A program made the translations under genes and the position numbers. This document shows positions 37,992 to 46,411 of a stretch of 64,000 nucleotides of DNA, one piece after another (within the stretch, counting starts at the first letter, position 1; the number at the start of each line of letters is the position of its first letter). The DNA is from Enterobacter phage ZX14. The stretch lies in sequence record PP236086.1. One strand, written 5' to 3'. Under the pieces are notes generated by a model. That model did not search any database, had not been told where the DNA came from, and worked only from the letters and a program-made list of their open reading frames with translations.

Positions 37992-38385
37992 CTTTTAGTC
38001 CTTGTAACATAATAATTGCAGCGTGAACTTCTTCCATTGTAGTAATGGTCAGACGAATTTCAGGAATCTTATGGATTCTGTTAAATTGTTCTAAGTCGCT
38101 CGTATCGCTTGAAGTATTACCGTATTCTCTAAGGAAAGCGGCTTCACCTTTAGTAAGGTGGCATGAATGATCAGCACCATATTTGTGGGCAATTTCTGCC
38201 GCGGTGAATGTGTTACCAGACATATCTTCAAAATACGCATATATGCCTTCGCTTGGGCTCAGTTTAGGTTTAAACGGGCCAATGTCATCAAAAATTTTAA
38301 TTAAATTTTTATTGGCTGCACACTGAATCATGAATCCTTCACGGTCGCCGATAACATAGAATTTATTAGGGTCTAAAGTTGTCAT
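37978..38385 (-). CDS. hypothetical protein
   Basis: 135-aa ORF. Confidence 0.45.
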   Translation of the reverse strand: MTTLDPNKFYVIGDREGFMIQCAANKNLIKIFDDIGPFKPKLSPSEGIYAYFEDMSGNTFTAAEIAHKYGADHSCHLTKGEAAFLREYGNTSSDTSDLEQFNRIHKIPEIRLTITTMEEVHAAIIMLQGLKDASV

Positions 38386-39182
38386 TTGAACACCATATTA
38401 GTTAACATTTCGATAGCTTTAAGACGAGATACTTCATCTTCAACTACAAAGCGAATTTTACCTTTGACTTCAACCTTTGACTGGATTTCGCAGACAGTTT
38501 CTTCAGACTCATCTACTACACCATAGTCCTGCTCAGGCTGTTCAATTTCCCCACATAACTTAAACCGCTCACTACGTTTAGGTAATTCATCTGTAATATT
38601 ATTACCACGAATAAAACCTGAAATGATAGGACGTTTCCATTCTTCAAAATGGATAATTTCGTCTTCAGTCAAAGTGAAATTCAGGTAGCAGAATTTAGCG
38701 CGATCAGCAGGGTCAACATATTTCAAACGCGTTGTTTTAACATCATAACTTGACCCTAAACAGACGCTTTCAACGATAAATGGGTTATAGCCGATTTCGC
38801 GTAAGAAATTCATATTGATAGAAGAACTTCTTTTCAATTCTAAAGCATCTTTTAGTTGATAAGCGGCATTAACACACCAGACCTTGTCAAAAGCAACTTT
38901 AAAATAAGTACCCTCATTAACCGCATCTAAATGCAAAAAATCTGTTTCACCTGCGTGGTTAACTACTCTCTGAGCGTTACCATAATCGTCTACTTCAATA
39001 ACTTTAAAAGGATGAGTTCCTACAAAGTTAGCGAACACACGATTATCAGTACAGCGCTGCATGAATAAAGCACGGTCGTGTGTGCTTTTAAAATTATAGT
39101 AATAGCCTTCAGTGAACTTATGCATTGTAAACTTCCTTCCAGTAATGAGCTCCATCTTCGGTGATTTCTTGGAATACACCAT
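38382..39182 (-). CDS. hypothetical protein
   Basis: 266-aa ORF. Start uncertain. Confidence 0.45.
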   Translation of the reverse strand: MVYSKKSPKMELITGRKFTMHKFTEGYYYNFKSTHDRALFMQRCTDNRVFANFVGTHPFKVIEVDDYGNAQRVVNHAGETDFLHLDAVNEGTYFKVAFDKVWCVNAAYQLKDALELKRSSSINMNFLREIGYNPFIVESVCLGSSYDVKTTRLKYVDPADRAKFCYLNFTLTEDEIIHFEEWKRPIISGFIRGNNITDELPKRSERFKLCGEIEQPEQDYGVVDESEETVCEIQSKVEVKGKIRFVVEDEVSRLKAIEMLTNMVFK

Positions 39183-39339
39183 ACAGAGGAATTTTTGATT
39201 CTACAGTTTCATATACATAGAAAACCGTAGTATGACTTAAATGGTCATTCCAGCTTTTTTCAACAACGACCAAGTCATTAGCATAACGAACATCGTCAAA
39301 CTGACCGCCGGTGATGTTTAAAGTAGTTTTAGCTTTCAT
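39118..39339 (-). CDS. hypothetical protein
   Basis: Start taken at MKAKTT. Early promoter upstream at 39372-39401. Confidence 0.45.
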   Translation of the reverse strand: MKAKTTLNITGGQFDDVRYANDLVVVEKSWNDHLSHTTVFYVYETVESKIPLYGVFQEITEDGAHYWKEVYNA

Positions 39340-39371
39340 TTTGTTTTCCTCTCGTTTGTTGGTGTAGGAAC

Positions 39372-39401
39372 ATAGTATCATGAACCTACACCGTTGTAAA
39401 C
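39372..39401 (-). promoter_or_regulatory. early promoter
   Basis: GTTTACAACGGTGTAGGTTCATGATACTAT. Confidence 0.55.
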
Positions 39402-39413
39402 ACTTATTTTCGA

Positions 39414-39863
39414 TTAACGAACTTTCAGAATTCCAGCTACGCAGCTACGTGGCACGACAGTGAAATCACCTGCATGAACAACGTTAAGCAGTTCTACGCC
39501 GTCTTCAATCCACTGGTCAGAAACCCAGCCACAAGTACGGGAGCGGAATGGAGTTTCAAAACAAACTGCTTTAGTAAGCAGATCGGTTGGGTCTTTGATA
39601 ATCAGTGGCTTAATCTGAGTCAGATACATATGAGCCACATCTTCATCGACAACATAACCACCTATTTTAGACGGATATTTGCTTGTAGGGGCATCAGAGC
39701 CAATGACTTCAGTCACGTGTTCAGGTTTAACATAACCGACAACGCCAAAGTCTGTACGAACTTTATAACCATCACGAGTAGAAGTACCGACTACAGTACC
39801 GGTTTCGCCAGCAATTTTAGAGCCAGACAGGAAAGATACGTATACACGAGAACCAATTTTCAT
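39414..39863 (-). CDS. hypothetical protein
   Basis: 149-aa ORF. Confidence 0.45.
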   Translation of the reverse strand: MKIGSRVYVSFLSGSKIAGETGTVVGTSTRDGYKVRTDFGVVGYVKPEHVTEVIGSDAPTSKYPSKIGGYVVDEDVAHMYLTQIKPLIIKDPTDLLTKAVCFETPFRSRTCGWVSDQWIEDGVELLNVVHAGDFTVVPRSCVAGILKVR

Positions 39864-39872
39864 AATAACACC

Positions 39873-40421
39873 TTAAAATAAAATAAAATCAACTTGAACA
39901 GCATCAGCACGTTTGAACATAACCTGGCTGTCACCGAGTAGAACACTATTATCATCCACTTCGTATATAGCAAGATAGTAACCTTTATTACGAAGTGAAT
40001 CAAAATCACAATCATCAAACCACTTGTAGAAATGGCCTTCAGTTTCGAAACCAAAGTAATACTCTTTGTGCCATCTCTTAGGCAGCTCAAATTGGTCCTC
40101 TACATTATAACGACTTACCGCAGAGGCCATCAGCTTTTTATCAGCACCCGGAGGTGGGCGATTGAAAGCACCTTTAGAATTAACGATGTGTCTGAAATTA
40201 CCTTCTTCGATACCGTGTTTGTCCATCCAAAGAATCGTATCTTCAGAATTGTCAGCGCCTGCCCAACCATATGGTGAACGAGGTTCTTTGTTCCATGATG
40301 GTTTATGTTCAAACTGACCTTGGACCGTAGTCCAACCGCCAGATGGGCAACGTTCAAATTTGAGTTGACGAATATCTTCACGACGAGTACAGAATTTTCT
40401 TTCAACACGATAGATAAGCAT
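39873..40421 (-). CDS. hypothetical protein
   Basis: Start at the second ATG (MLIYRV), which has a GGAGGT Shine-Dalgarno. The first ATG sits inside the Shine-Dalgarno leader shared with the mod gene. Confidence 0.45.
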   Translation of the reverse strand: MLIYRVERKFCTRREDIRQLKFERCPSGGWTTVQGQFEHKPSWNKEPRSPYGWAGADNSEDTILWMDKHGIEEGNFRHIVNSKGAFNRPPPGADKKLMASAVSRYNVEDQFELPKRWHKEYYFGFETEGHFYKWFDDCDFDSLRNKGYYLAIYEVDDNSVLLGDSQVMFKRADAVQVDFILF

Positions 40422-40447
40422 GATGACCTCCATTAGTAAGTGAGGTC

Positions 40448-40477
40448 ATCATATCATGCTCTAAAGTGGTTGTAAAC
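40448..40477 (-). promoter_or_regulatory. early promoter with shared leader cassette
   Basis: GTTTACAACCACTTTAGAGCATGATATGAT followed by the leader ACTTACTAATGGAGGTCATCATG. Confidence 0.5.
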
Positions 40478-41163
40478 TACCCACGTGAAACAGGCAGAGA
40501 ACGCGGGTCGACATTATCACCTTCAGGACATTCGTCAAGACCCATGGCATATCGCTGAGCAAACTTAAGCATCAGAATATCTTTAGCACAGTCATGAACT
40601 GAGTCGTGTGCCACAAAGCCATCTAGTGTGCCTTGAACCATTGGAGTAGTCGAAAGACCACGAACCATAGCGTATGCTTCAATTGCAGTTCGGATATCAC
40701 GCTGGTTCCAGAACTTCACAGGTTCTTGGTGGAACGTATCAATATCTTCTTCAGCAACACCATCAACACGATAAAGGTCACGAATCAAGTCAACCAGAAT
40801 TGGGAAGTCGAATGACATACCACGACACCAGGCCTGGGATTTCCATGCGTCAACATCGTTTTCACGACAATAATCCAGGAACTGCTTAATGCCTTCAAGA
40901 GTTGTCACATCATCTTCAGTAGGAGCCAAGTTAGCACGAGCTTCTGCAGATTGTTCTTTCCACCATTTTACAGTGCTCTTACCGAAAAGACGTTGGCCTT
41001 TCTGTTCGGCCAGTTTAAATTTGATACGTTTACCACGATTTACTAAAGTGTCAAAACTTTCTACTTTAGAAGGGTCTGGGTCAAAAGCAATAACAGCCAA
41101 GTCAATGACTGCTGCTTTGCTTACGTTACCAAACGTTTCAAAGTCAATAATTATATCTTTCAT
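40477..41163 (-). CDS. dexA: exonuclease A (DEDDh 3'-5' exonuclease)
   Basis: 228 aa. MKDIIIDFETFG…. T4 DexA size and position. Confidence 0.8.
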   Translation of the reverse strand: MKDIIIDFETFGNVSKAAVIDLAVIAFDPDPSKVESFDTLVNRGKRIKFKLAEQKGQRLFGKSTVKWWKEQSAEARANLAPTEDDVTTLEGIKQFLDYCRENDVDAWKSQAWCRGMSFDFPILVDLIRDLYRVDGVAEEDIDTFHQEPVKFWNQRDIRTAIEAYAMVRGLSTTPMVQGTLDGFVAHDSVHDCAKDILMLKFAQRYAMGLDECPEGDNVDPRSLPVSRG

Positions 41164-41402
41164 AGTTTACCTTCTTGAGCCAGCACTACTAATCGCTCTA
41201 CTAGTTGTGTTGGCAGAATAATATCAGGCTCACAGCCTAAAGCATTTGCTAATTCAAGACCGTTATCGCAAATTCGCATTGCATCATAAAGAGCATCTAA
41301 TTCACACAAGGAATAACGACCCGGGCTAATTTTGTTTTTACGAGACATTTCTCGCTGAGCGGCAATAATTTTGTTTGCTGTATATTCATTAATTCGTAAC
41401 AT
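41160..41402 (-). CDS. hypothetical protein
   Basis: 80-aa ORF between dda and dexA. Confidence 0.4.
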   Translation of the reverse strand: MLRINEYTANKIIAAQREMSRKNKISPGRYSLCELDALYDAMRICDNGLELANALGCEPDIILPTQLVERLVVLAQEGKL

Positions 41403-41410
41403 TCTAACCT

Positions 41411-42745
41411 CTAAACATAATAAGCATCATGACGAGCTCGTGTGAGCCCTACGTAAGCCAGCTGTTTAGCAAGATTTGCTTCAGCCATGTGAATACAAGG
41501 AGTATAGATGAAGCTGTTGTTCACACTGATACCCTGGCTTTTATGTATTGTACTCACAGGAAGTGCACGCACTTTAAGGAACGTACGTTTAATTTTCCAG
41601 AAGTCGTCCCAAGGTGGGCGCTTACCGGCTGCTTTCATTTCACGGTATGTCGTAGCTACTTTAGCCAAGAACATATCCATTTTTTGGTATTGGTCTAACG
41701 GAAGAACTTTAATCACTTCAATTTTGTATTCTTCGTCTGGGTCGATTGTCTCGACTTCAAGTGCCCAATAGTTAATATGTTGTTTGGTTGAAACATTACG
41801 AGCAATCAAAGGCATGCTTGTTAGCATTGCATCTTTAATACGAACCATTTCACCGTTGTTGAAAACAATTTCACTGAACTTTTTACCATCGAACTCGAGC
41901 TCTTTAATAAATGGCTCTTGCATAACGATAACTTCATTGTTGATGAATGGAGTTTCAGTTTCATACAGCTTACGACGAATAATATTGTTCAGCTTTTCGA
42001 CTGACTTATTCGTGAATGCCAACATACGAGTTTCGAACAGGTCTTCTGGTGATTTCACAACTTCAAAGTACTGCATCATGAAATCTTTCAGAGCTGTGTT
42101 ACTTGCAAACTCATGAACCCCGTGTCCATCGATAGTATGATGCCGCAACCAACCACCAGTACGGATTTCAGTAGCAACATCGATGATAGGAGCATTAGAA
42201 CGCATTACCTGAGTCAGATGAACCTGCTTAAAGCTTGGATGTGTGAAGAACGGAGAAATCTGAGGAGTCCCATCACTTCCAGGTTCTACAGGCTGAAGCT
42301 GTTCGCGGTCACCAATTCCGATTAATACACACCAAGGCGGAATAGAATTCAGAATGATTTTGAAAATCTTGGCGTCTAACATTGACGCTTCATCACAGAC
42401 TAATACGTTACATTTAGACATATCAGGCATTTCGCGTTGTTCAAACACGTCTTGGTCTTCGTATGTCATAGGGTTAATTTTTAAGACGCGGTGAATGGTA
42501 TTTGCTTCCATACCAGACATCTTGGCTAATACTTTTTTAGCCTGATGAGTCGGCGCCGCTAGAACAACTCCTAACACACCATTACGTATGATATGTTGAA
42601 TGATGAACTTAGTTAGGGTAGTTTTACCCGTGCCGGCAGGGCCGTTTAAGGTCAGTCGTTCGCCATTTCGACGTTGAATTGCCGCAGTGATAGTATCAAA
42701 AGCTTCACGTTGCCCCTGGTTCAAATCTTCAAACTTAATACTCAT
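41411..42745 (-). CDS. dda: Dda DNA helicase (SF1B)
   Basis: 444 aa. …LTLNGPAGTGKTTLTKFII…LAAPTHQAKKVL…VLVCDEASM…IGIGDREQLQPV…VGLTRARHDAYYV matches T4 Dda. Confidence 0.9.
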   Translation of the reverse strand: MSIKFEDLNQGQREAFDTITAAIQRRNGERLTLNGPAGTGKTTLTKFIIQHIIRNGVLGVVLAAPTHQAKKVLAKMSGMEANTIHRVLKINPMTYEDQDVFEQREMPDMSKCNVLVCDEASMLDAKIFKIILNSIPPWCVLIGIGDREQLQPVEPGSDGTPQISPFFTHPSFKQVHLTQVMRSNAPIIDVATEIRTGGWLRHHTIDGHGVHEFASNTALKDFMMQYFEVVKSPEDLFETRMLAFTNKSVEKLNNIIRRKLYETETPFINNEVIVMQEPFIKELEFDGKKFSEIVFNNGEMVRIKDAMLTSMPLIARNVSTKQHINYWALEVETIDPDEEYKIEVIKVLPLDQYQKMDMFLAKVATTYREMKAAGKRPPWDDFWKIKRTFLKVRALPVSTIHKSQGISVNNSFIYTPCIHMAEANLAKQLAYVGLTRARHDAYYV

Positions 42746-43056
42746 ACCAACTTAACCTTTTTAATAAACAGGGTGTTGAACACTTGGGCTTTAAATTTAA
42801 ACTCTTCATTAGACAAGAGCCTGCCTGGGAAATTCATTTCTTTTTTCCAGAACCAAAAGCCGGTCACAACTTTTACAGGTTTAGGGTTCAATTCACTTTT
42901 AAGAGTTTCATGTTCATCGTCAAACCATTTTTGTGCAATTTCCTTATAAGGAGTAATTACAACCAACTCTTGGCTGGAATAACGATGGAACAAAGGCAAC
43001 TCAAAGCCGTCTTTATCTTTGTAATATAAAGCATATCCATAATACATTTTATTCAC
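42742..43056 (-). CDS. hypothetical protein
   Basis: 104-aa ORF. Confidence 0.4.
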   Translation of the reverse strand: MNKMYYGYALYYKDKDGFELPLFHRYSSQELVVITPYKEIAQKWFDDEHETLKSELNPKPVKVVTGFWFWKKEMNFPGRLLSNEEFKFKAQVFNTLFIKKVKLV

Positions 43057-43765
43057 CTTTTTGAATCATTGGAAGGCCACGCTTTAAACGAACGTAGTTG
43101 TGAGCGTTCATGTATTCAAAACGAAGCAAAGCTGTAGCTATAATACCATAGGCCTGGGCAGCATTTTTAGCTGTTTTAACTTTTGCCTTAGGGTCTTCTT
43201 TAGCCTTGTTCATTTCTTTTTCGAATAATACAAGAAGACGAGCAGCTTCTTCAGTTCCTGAAGCGATACGTTTCTTGAGAGTTTCAATTCGAACCATTGT
43301 GGCTTCGTCAATGACACTAGCAGCTTCAAGGTTTTTGAGGGATTCTTTACGTCCTTCAACGTTCTTCAGAACACGAAGACGAATAAAATTAAGCTCTCTT
43401 GCTTTTTTAGGAACCTTAAACGCTTCAGGCCGGTCAAGATTTTTTAATCGAGCATCAGCTATGCCAGAGGCATCCATGAGCTGCTTTAAAGACAGGTCTC
43501 CGCGCCATAAGTTGTATTTCAATTTAACTGGAACCACATTACCTTTAACATAGCCCTTATCGTTATCCCAACGCTCAAGAGTAAGTTTATCATCGCCACC
43601 ACCGAACTTTTCGCCTGAATAAGCACAATGAGTTTGAAGAAGGATATTCTCCATATATGCTCGGTCAAGGTTAAAGTCCTTACCACGAGAGCGAGCAGAT
43701 TCACGAGTGTGAGACAGGCGACGTTTAGCTTTTTTCTGGAATGGTGTTAATGGTTCTGTAGTCAT
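43049..43765 (-). CDS. hypothetical basic protein at the srd position
   Basis: 238-aa ORF. Early promoter upstream at 43793-43822. Any identity with T4 Srd is not verifiable by eye. Confidence 0.4.
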   Translation of the reverse strand: MTTEPLTPFQKKAKRRLSHTRESARSRGKDFNLDRAYMENILLQTHCAYSGEKFGGGDDKLTLERWDNDKGYVKGNVVPVKLKYNLWRGDLSLKQLMDASGIADARLKNLDRPEAFKVPKKARELNFIRLRVLKNVEGRKESLKNLEAASVIDEATMVRIETLKKRIASGTEEAARLLVLFEKEMNKAKEDPKAKVKTAKNAAQAYGIIATALLRFEYMNAHNYVRLKRGLPMIQKGE

Positions 43766-43792
43766 TTTGTTTCTCCATGTTGGTGTAGAAGC

Positions 43793-43822
43793 ATACTAAC
43801 AAGTTCCTACACCGTTGTAAAC
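43793..43822 (-). promoter_or_regulatory. early promoter
   Basis: GTTTACAACGGTGTAGGAACTTGTTAGTAT. Confidence 0.55.
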
Positions 43823-43867
43823 ACTTTCTTGCTTTTTATTTTCGTAGTGTATAATGGTTCTGAGGTT

Positions 43868-44485
43868 CTACCATTCAATCAGTTCCAGGTCGATGATAGT
43901 ATAAACGGTTTCAACACCATAATCTTTCACTGCTTGACTGCTACAAATACGGTACGTTGCTTCCGAAGGAAGCATAAACTCACACTCACCTTGAACCATA
44001 TCTAACTTATCTTCACGTTGTTCTTTTGCTTCCATCTGACCCATGAATTCTTCATCGGGAGCCGCCAACAAAATCTGAATCATTTCTTCTTGATAATTGA
44101 AAGCATATGGGCAGTTTTTAATACGGAAAACAATTTGAGAATTATAGTGCCACTTTGAAGCAAATTGTTTAGCTGTGCTGAAGTCGGAACTAAAGCTTGT
44201 TACACGATTCAGTGTGAATGTTTCACCTTCAGCCAAGTCATAAATTTTGTTTGCTTCAAGCAATGAAATCCCACGGAATAATGGAGGAACCGTAGATGTC
44301 AGATGCTTACGTACAATAGGATTCAATAGTTCATGAATGTAGTCAGTATTCTTATCGTTCATGCACAGCCACAGAATACTTTGCTCCTGATCAGTGAACT
44401 TTTCGTCTACACGTTGTTGAATGTAAAGACGTTCTTTTTCTTCTTCATCTAAAACTAGTTGTTTGATCGTAGAAACTTGAAGCAT
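43868..44485 (-). CDS. ADP-ribosyltransferase (Mod/Alt R-S-E family)
   Basis: Start at the second ATG (MLQVS) with a GGAGGT Shine-Dalgarno. R-S-ExE elements: FRGIS, TSFSS, GECEFMLP. T4 ModA/ModB are of similar size. Confidence 0.65.
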   Translation of the reverse strand: MLQVSTIKQLVLDEEEKERLYIQQRVDEKFTDQEQSILWLCMNDKNTDYIHELLNPIVRKHLTSTVPPLFRGISLLEANKIYDLAEGETFTLNRVTSFSSDFSTAKQFASKWHYNSQIVFRIKNCPYAFNYQEEMIQILLAAPDEEFMGQMEAKEQREDKLDMVQGECEFMLPSEATYRICSSQAVKDYGVETVYTIIDLELIEW

Positions 44486-44511
44486 GATGACCTCCATTGT
44501 AAGTGAAGATC

Positions 44512-44541
44512 ATCATAACATGAGAGGAAGGGCTTGTAAAC
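44512..44541 (-). promoter_or_regulatory. early promoter with shared leader cassette (mod gene)
   Basis: GTTTACAAGCCCTTCCTCTCATGTTATGAT followed by the leader CTTCACTTACAATGGAGGTCATCATG. Confidence 0.5.
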
Positions 44542-44786
44542 TACCTAAATATGCCCATTGGGATACCGAAGACTGCTATGTCTGCAGCCTGGCCTAGAGG
44601 AGATTGCGAGTGTCTGTAAGAGCTTTTGAAGGATTCAGGCTTTTTAACCTTTTCTTCAATCACTTCGGTTTTTGCTTTAGATTTAGCTTCAATTCGCTTT
44701 TGTTCGGCAAGTCTTTTCCTATCTACATCTAATGTAGAGGTAGGTATGTTTGTTAACCAATTCATCATTTCACCCAAGGTGCCCAC
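44541..44786 (-). CDS. hypothetical protein
   Basis: 81-aa ORF. Confidence 0.35.
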   Translation of the reverse strand: MGTLGEMMNWLTNIPTSTLDVDRKRLAEQKRIEAKSKAKTEVIEEKVKKPESFKSSYRHSQSPLGQAADIAVFGIPMGIFR

Positions 44787-44977
44787 GGTGGTGGGTCATC
44801 ATAATAAGACGCAAGGTCTTGCAGGACGGCGAGAGGGACACTGATACCATGTTTCTGAATAATTATATCAAGTTCATCAACAAGTTCTTCACGCGCTGTC
44901 CTAGGCGCTTCAGGCTTCAAGGATGATTCTGTGTCCGGTATAACCAGCATATCAAACAAATCCATTACATCCACCAT
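44765..44977 (-). CDS. hypothetical protein
   Basis: 70-aa ORF. Confidence 0.35.
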   Translation of the reverse strand: MVDVMDLFDMLVIPDTESSLKPEAPRTAREELVDELDIIIQKHGISVPLAVLQDLASYYDDPPPWAPWVK

Positions 44978-45477
44978 TCACGAATGAGAGGTTTATAAGT
45001 GCTATATGGCTGCCCAGCTTCAATAGTCTTACGCATATTTTCTGATGGCTTCCAATTGACATAAGCTAATGAAGATTCATTCCACAACTTATATCGGAAA
45101 TATGATATGTCATCTAAACATTGGACATAAAACTTTTGTCTTTCTGCCTTTTCTTCGGAATCGTAACTAAACCAACCTTTAGCATCACTAGGACTGATAT
45201 ACCCATCTTTTGTTAAAGACCTTATAATACCCCATGGACATCCTTCAGGCAAAGAGCCTGTCCAATTGTGAGCTAACTCAACCATGATATCTTCTGGTAA
45301 AGGAATGCTTTTAAAACTAGCAACTAAGTCTTCAATCCTATCGTTGTAACGACCTGCGCCTTCAATAAAAGCAATTTCATTTACAATAATGTCTGATACC
45401 CATTCATTGCCACGTTCGTCAGGCTTTTTAAGCTTACGAGTAATGCGTGTTGCATAATTATGAACCACTGCTGTCAT
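44965..45477 (-). CDS. hypothetical protein
   Basis: 170-aa ORF. Confidence 0.45.
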   Translation of the reverse strand: MTAVVHNYATRITRKLKKPDERGNEWVSDIIVNEIAFIEGAGRYNDRIEDLVASFKSIPLPEDIMVELAHNWTGSLPEGCPWGIIRSLTKDGYISPSDAKGWFSYDSEEKAERQKFYVQCLDDISYFRYKLWNESSLAYVNWKPSENMRKTIEAGQPYSTYKPLIREWWM

Positions 45478-45497
45478 AATATTTTCCTCAATTTAAA

Positions 45498-45911
45498 TTA
45501 ATCGCAAGAACCACTACTAGAACCAGAGTCACATGACGAATAGCCTGGGTCATATCCACCTGTAGATGGTGTATAACTAGGCGTAGAATGCACTATTGCC
45601 GCAGGAGCAATCATGCTCATATGGGTGTTATCTGTATAGCTTCGGTCATAATGGGTTGCAGTTGGAGCCGTTCCAGTACGATTCGGGTTTTGATTACGGG
45701 CTTTGCTTAAAGAAGATACGCGTTTAAGTTCTTCTGCTTTTAATACTTTAGCACCAGGACTAGGGTTTGCTTTAGGGAAAGGGTCGCCTCGTCTGACGAC
45801 TTCTTCAATCATTCCATCACCCATATAGATGTATTCCTTTTCTTCTTTAATAGGAACCATTTGCTCTTGTGGTTGAGCTGGAGAAAACAGGTTTTTGATA
45901 AATTTAATCAT
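45498..45911 (-). CDS. hypothetical protein with low-complexity Ser/Gly/Cys C-terminus
   Basis: 137 aa. The C-terminus reads …GGYDPGYSSCDSGSSSGSCD. Confidence 0.4.
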   Translation of the reverse strand: MIKFIKNLFSPAQPQEQMVPIKEEKEYIYMGDGMIEEVVRRGDPFPKANPSPGAKVLKAEELKRVSSLSKARNQNPNRTGTAPTATHYDRSYTDNTHMSMIAPAAIVHSTPSYTPSTGGYDPGYSSCDSGSSSGSCD

Positions 45912-46144
45912 ATCGTTATATTCTCGAATTTAATTTGAACATCATTATTAGACGAAGCATTATAGTCCCAAAAACGAACTTCGAGTGATGCTTCAAGACT
46001 TGTACCAACTTCACGGTAACCATGAACAATCACATCAATATAGTATTCCGAGTCAAAGTGATACTTATCAAGATAATACTTTGCTATAAGATAGCTAATC
46101 CCACCACAATCACCTACTGGCTTACGCCATGCTGTTGATTTCAT
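45908..46144 (-). CDS. hypothetical protein
   Basis: 78-aa ORF. Confidence 0.4.
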   Translation of the reverse strand: MKSTAWRKPVGDCGGISYLIAKYYLDKYHFDSEYYIDVIVHGYREVGTSLEASLEVRFWDYNASSNNDVQIKFENITI

Positions 46145-46341
46145 GATTTAATCCTAAAAAGATCATCAGCTAATGCTTTAGCAGTTTGGAAATCTATTTC
46201 ATTCTGCTTTTCTTTAGCTAAGTTCAGTAAATGGTCTTCGGTTTGTTCATTGAAGTCATTCATAGCTTTCCAGAACTCGTCTGGTTGTGAAAGCCAATTT
46301 TTAATCCAAGGTAAAGGGTTCAGTTTCATATTTTTCCTCAC
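46141..46341 (-). CDS. hypothetical protein
   Basis: 66-aa ORF followed by a terminator. Confidence 0.4.
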   Translation of the reverse strand: MRKNMKLNPLPWIKNWLSQPDEFWKAMNDFNEQTEDHLLNLAKEKQNEIDFQTAKALADDLFRIKS

Positions 46342-46376
46342 TTAGTAGATGATTCATTCTACCACCTGGTTTAAAA

Positions 46377-46407
46377 GCAAAAAAAAAAGGACTCCCGAAG
46401 GAGTCCT
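46377..46407 (-). terminator. rho-independent terminator after the Soc-fusion gene
   Basis: Minus strand AGGACTCCTTCGGGAGTCCT followed by T10. Confidence 0.75.
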
Positions 46408-46411
46408 ATAA

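Noticed and set aside
40421-40433. MEVIM- N-terminal extensions on ORFs 39873-40433 and 43868-44497, and similar ATGGAG first ATGs at 52227 and 26632
   Set aside because: The upstream ATG is part of the GGAGGT Shine-Dalgarno and lies within about 8 nt of the predicted transcription start. The second ATG has proper spacing from the Shine-Dalgarno.
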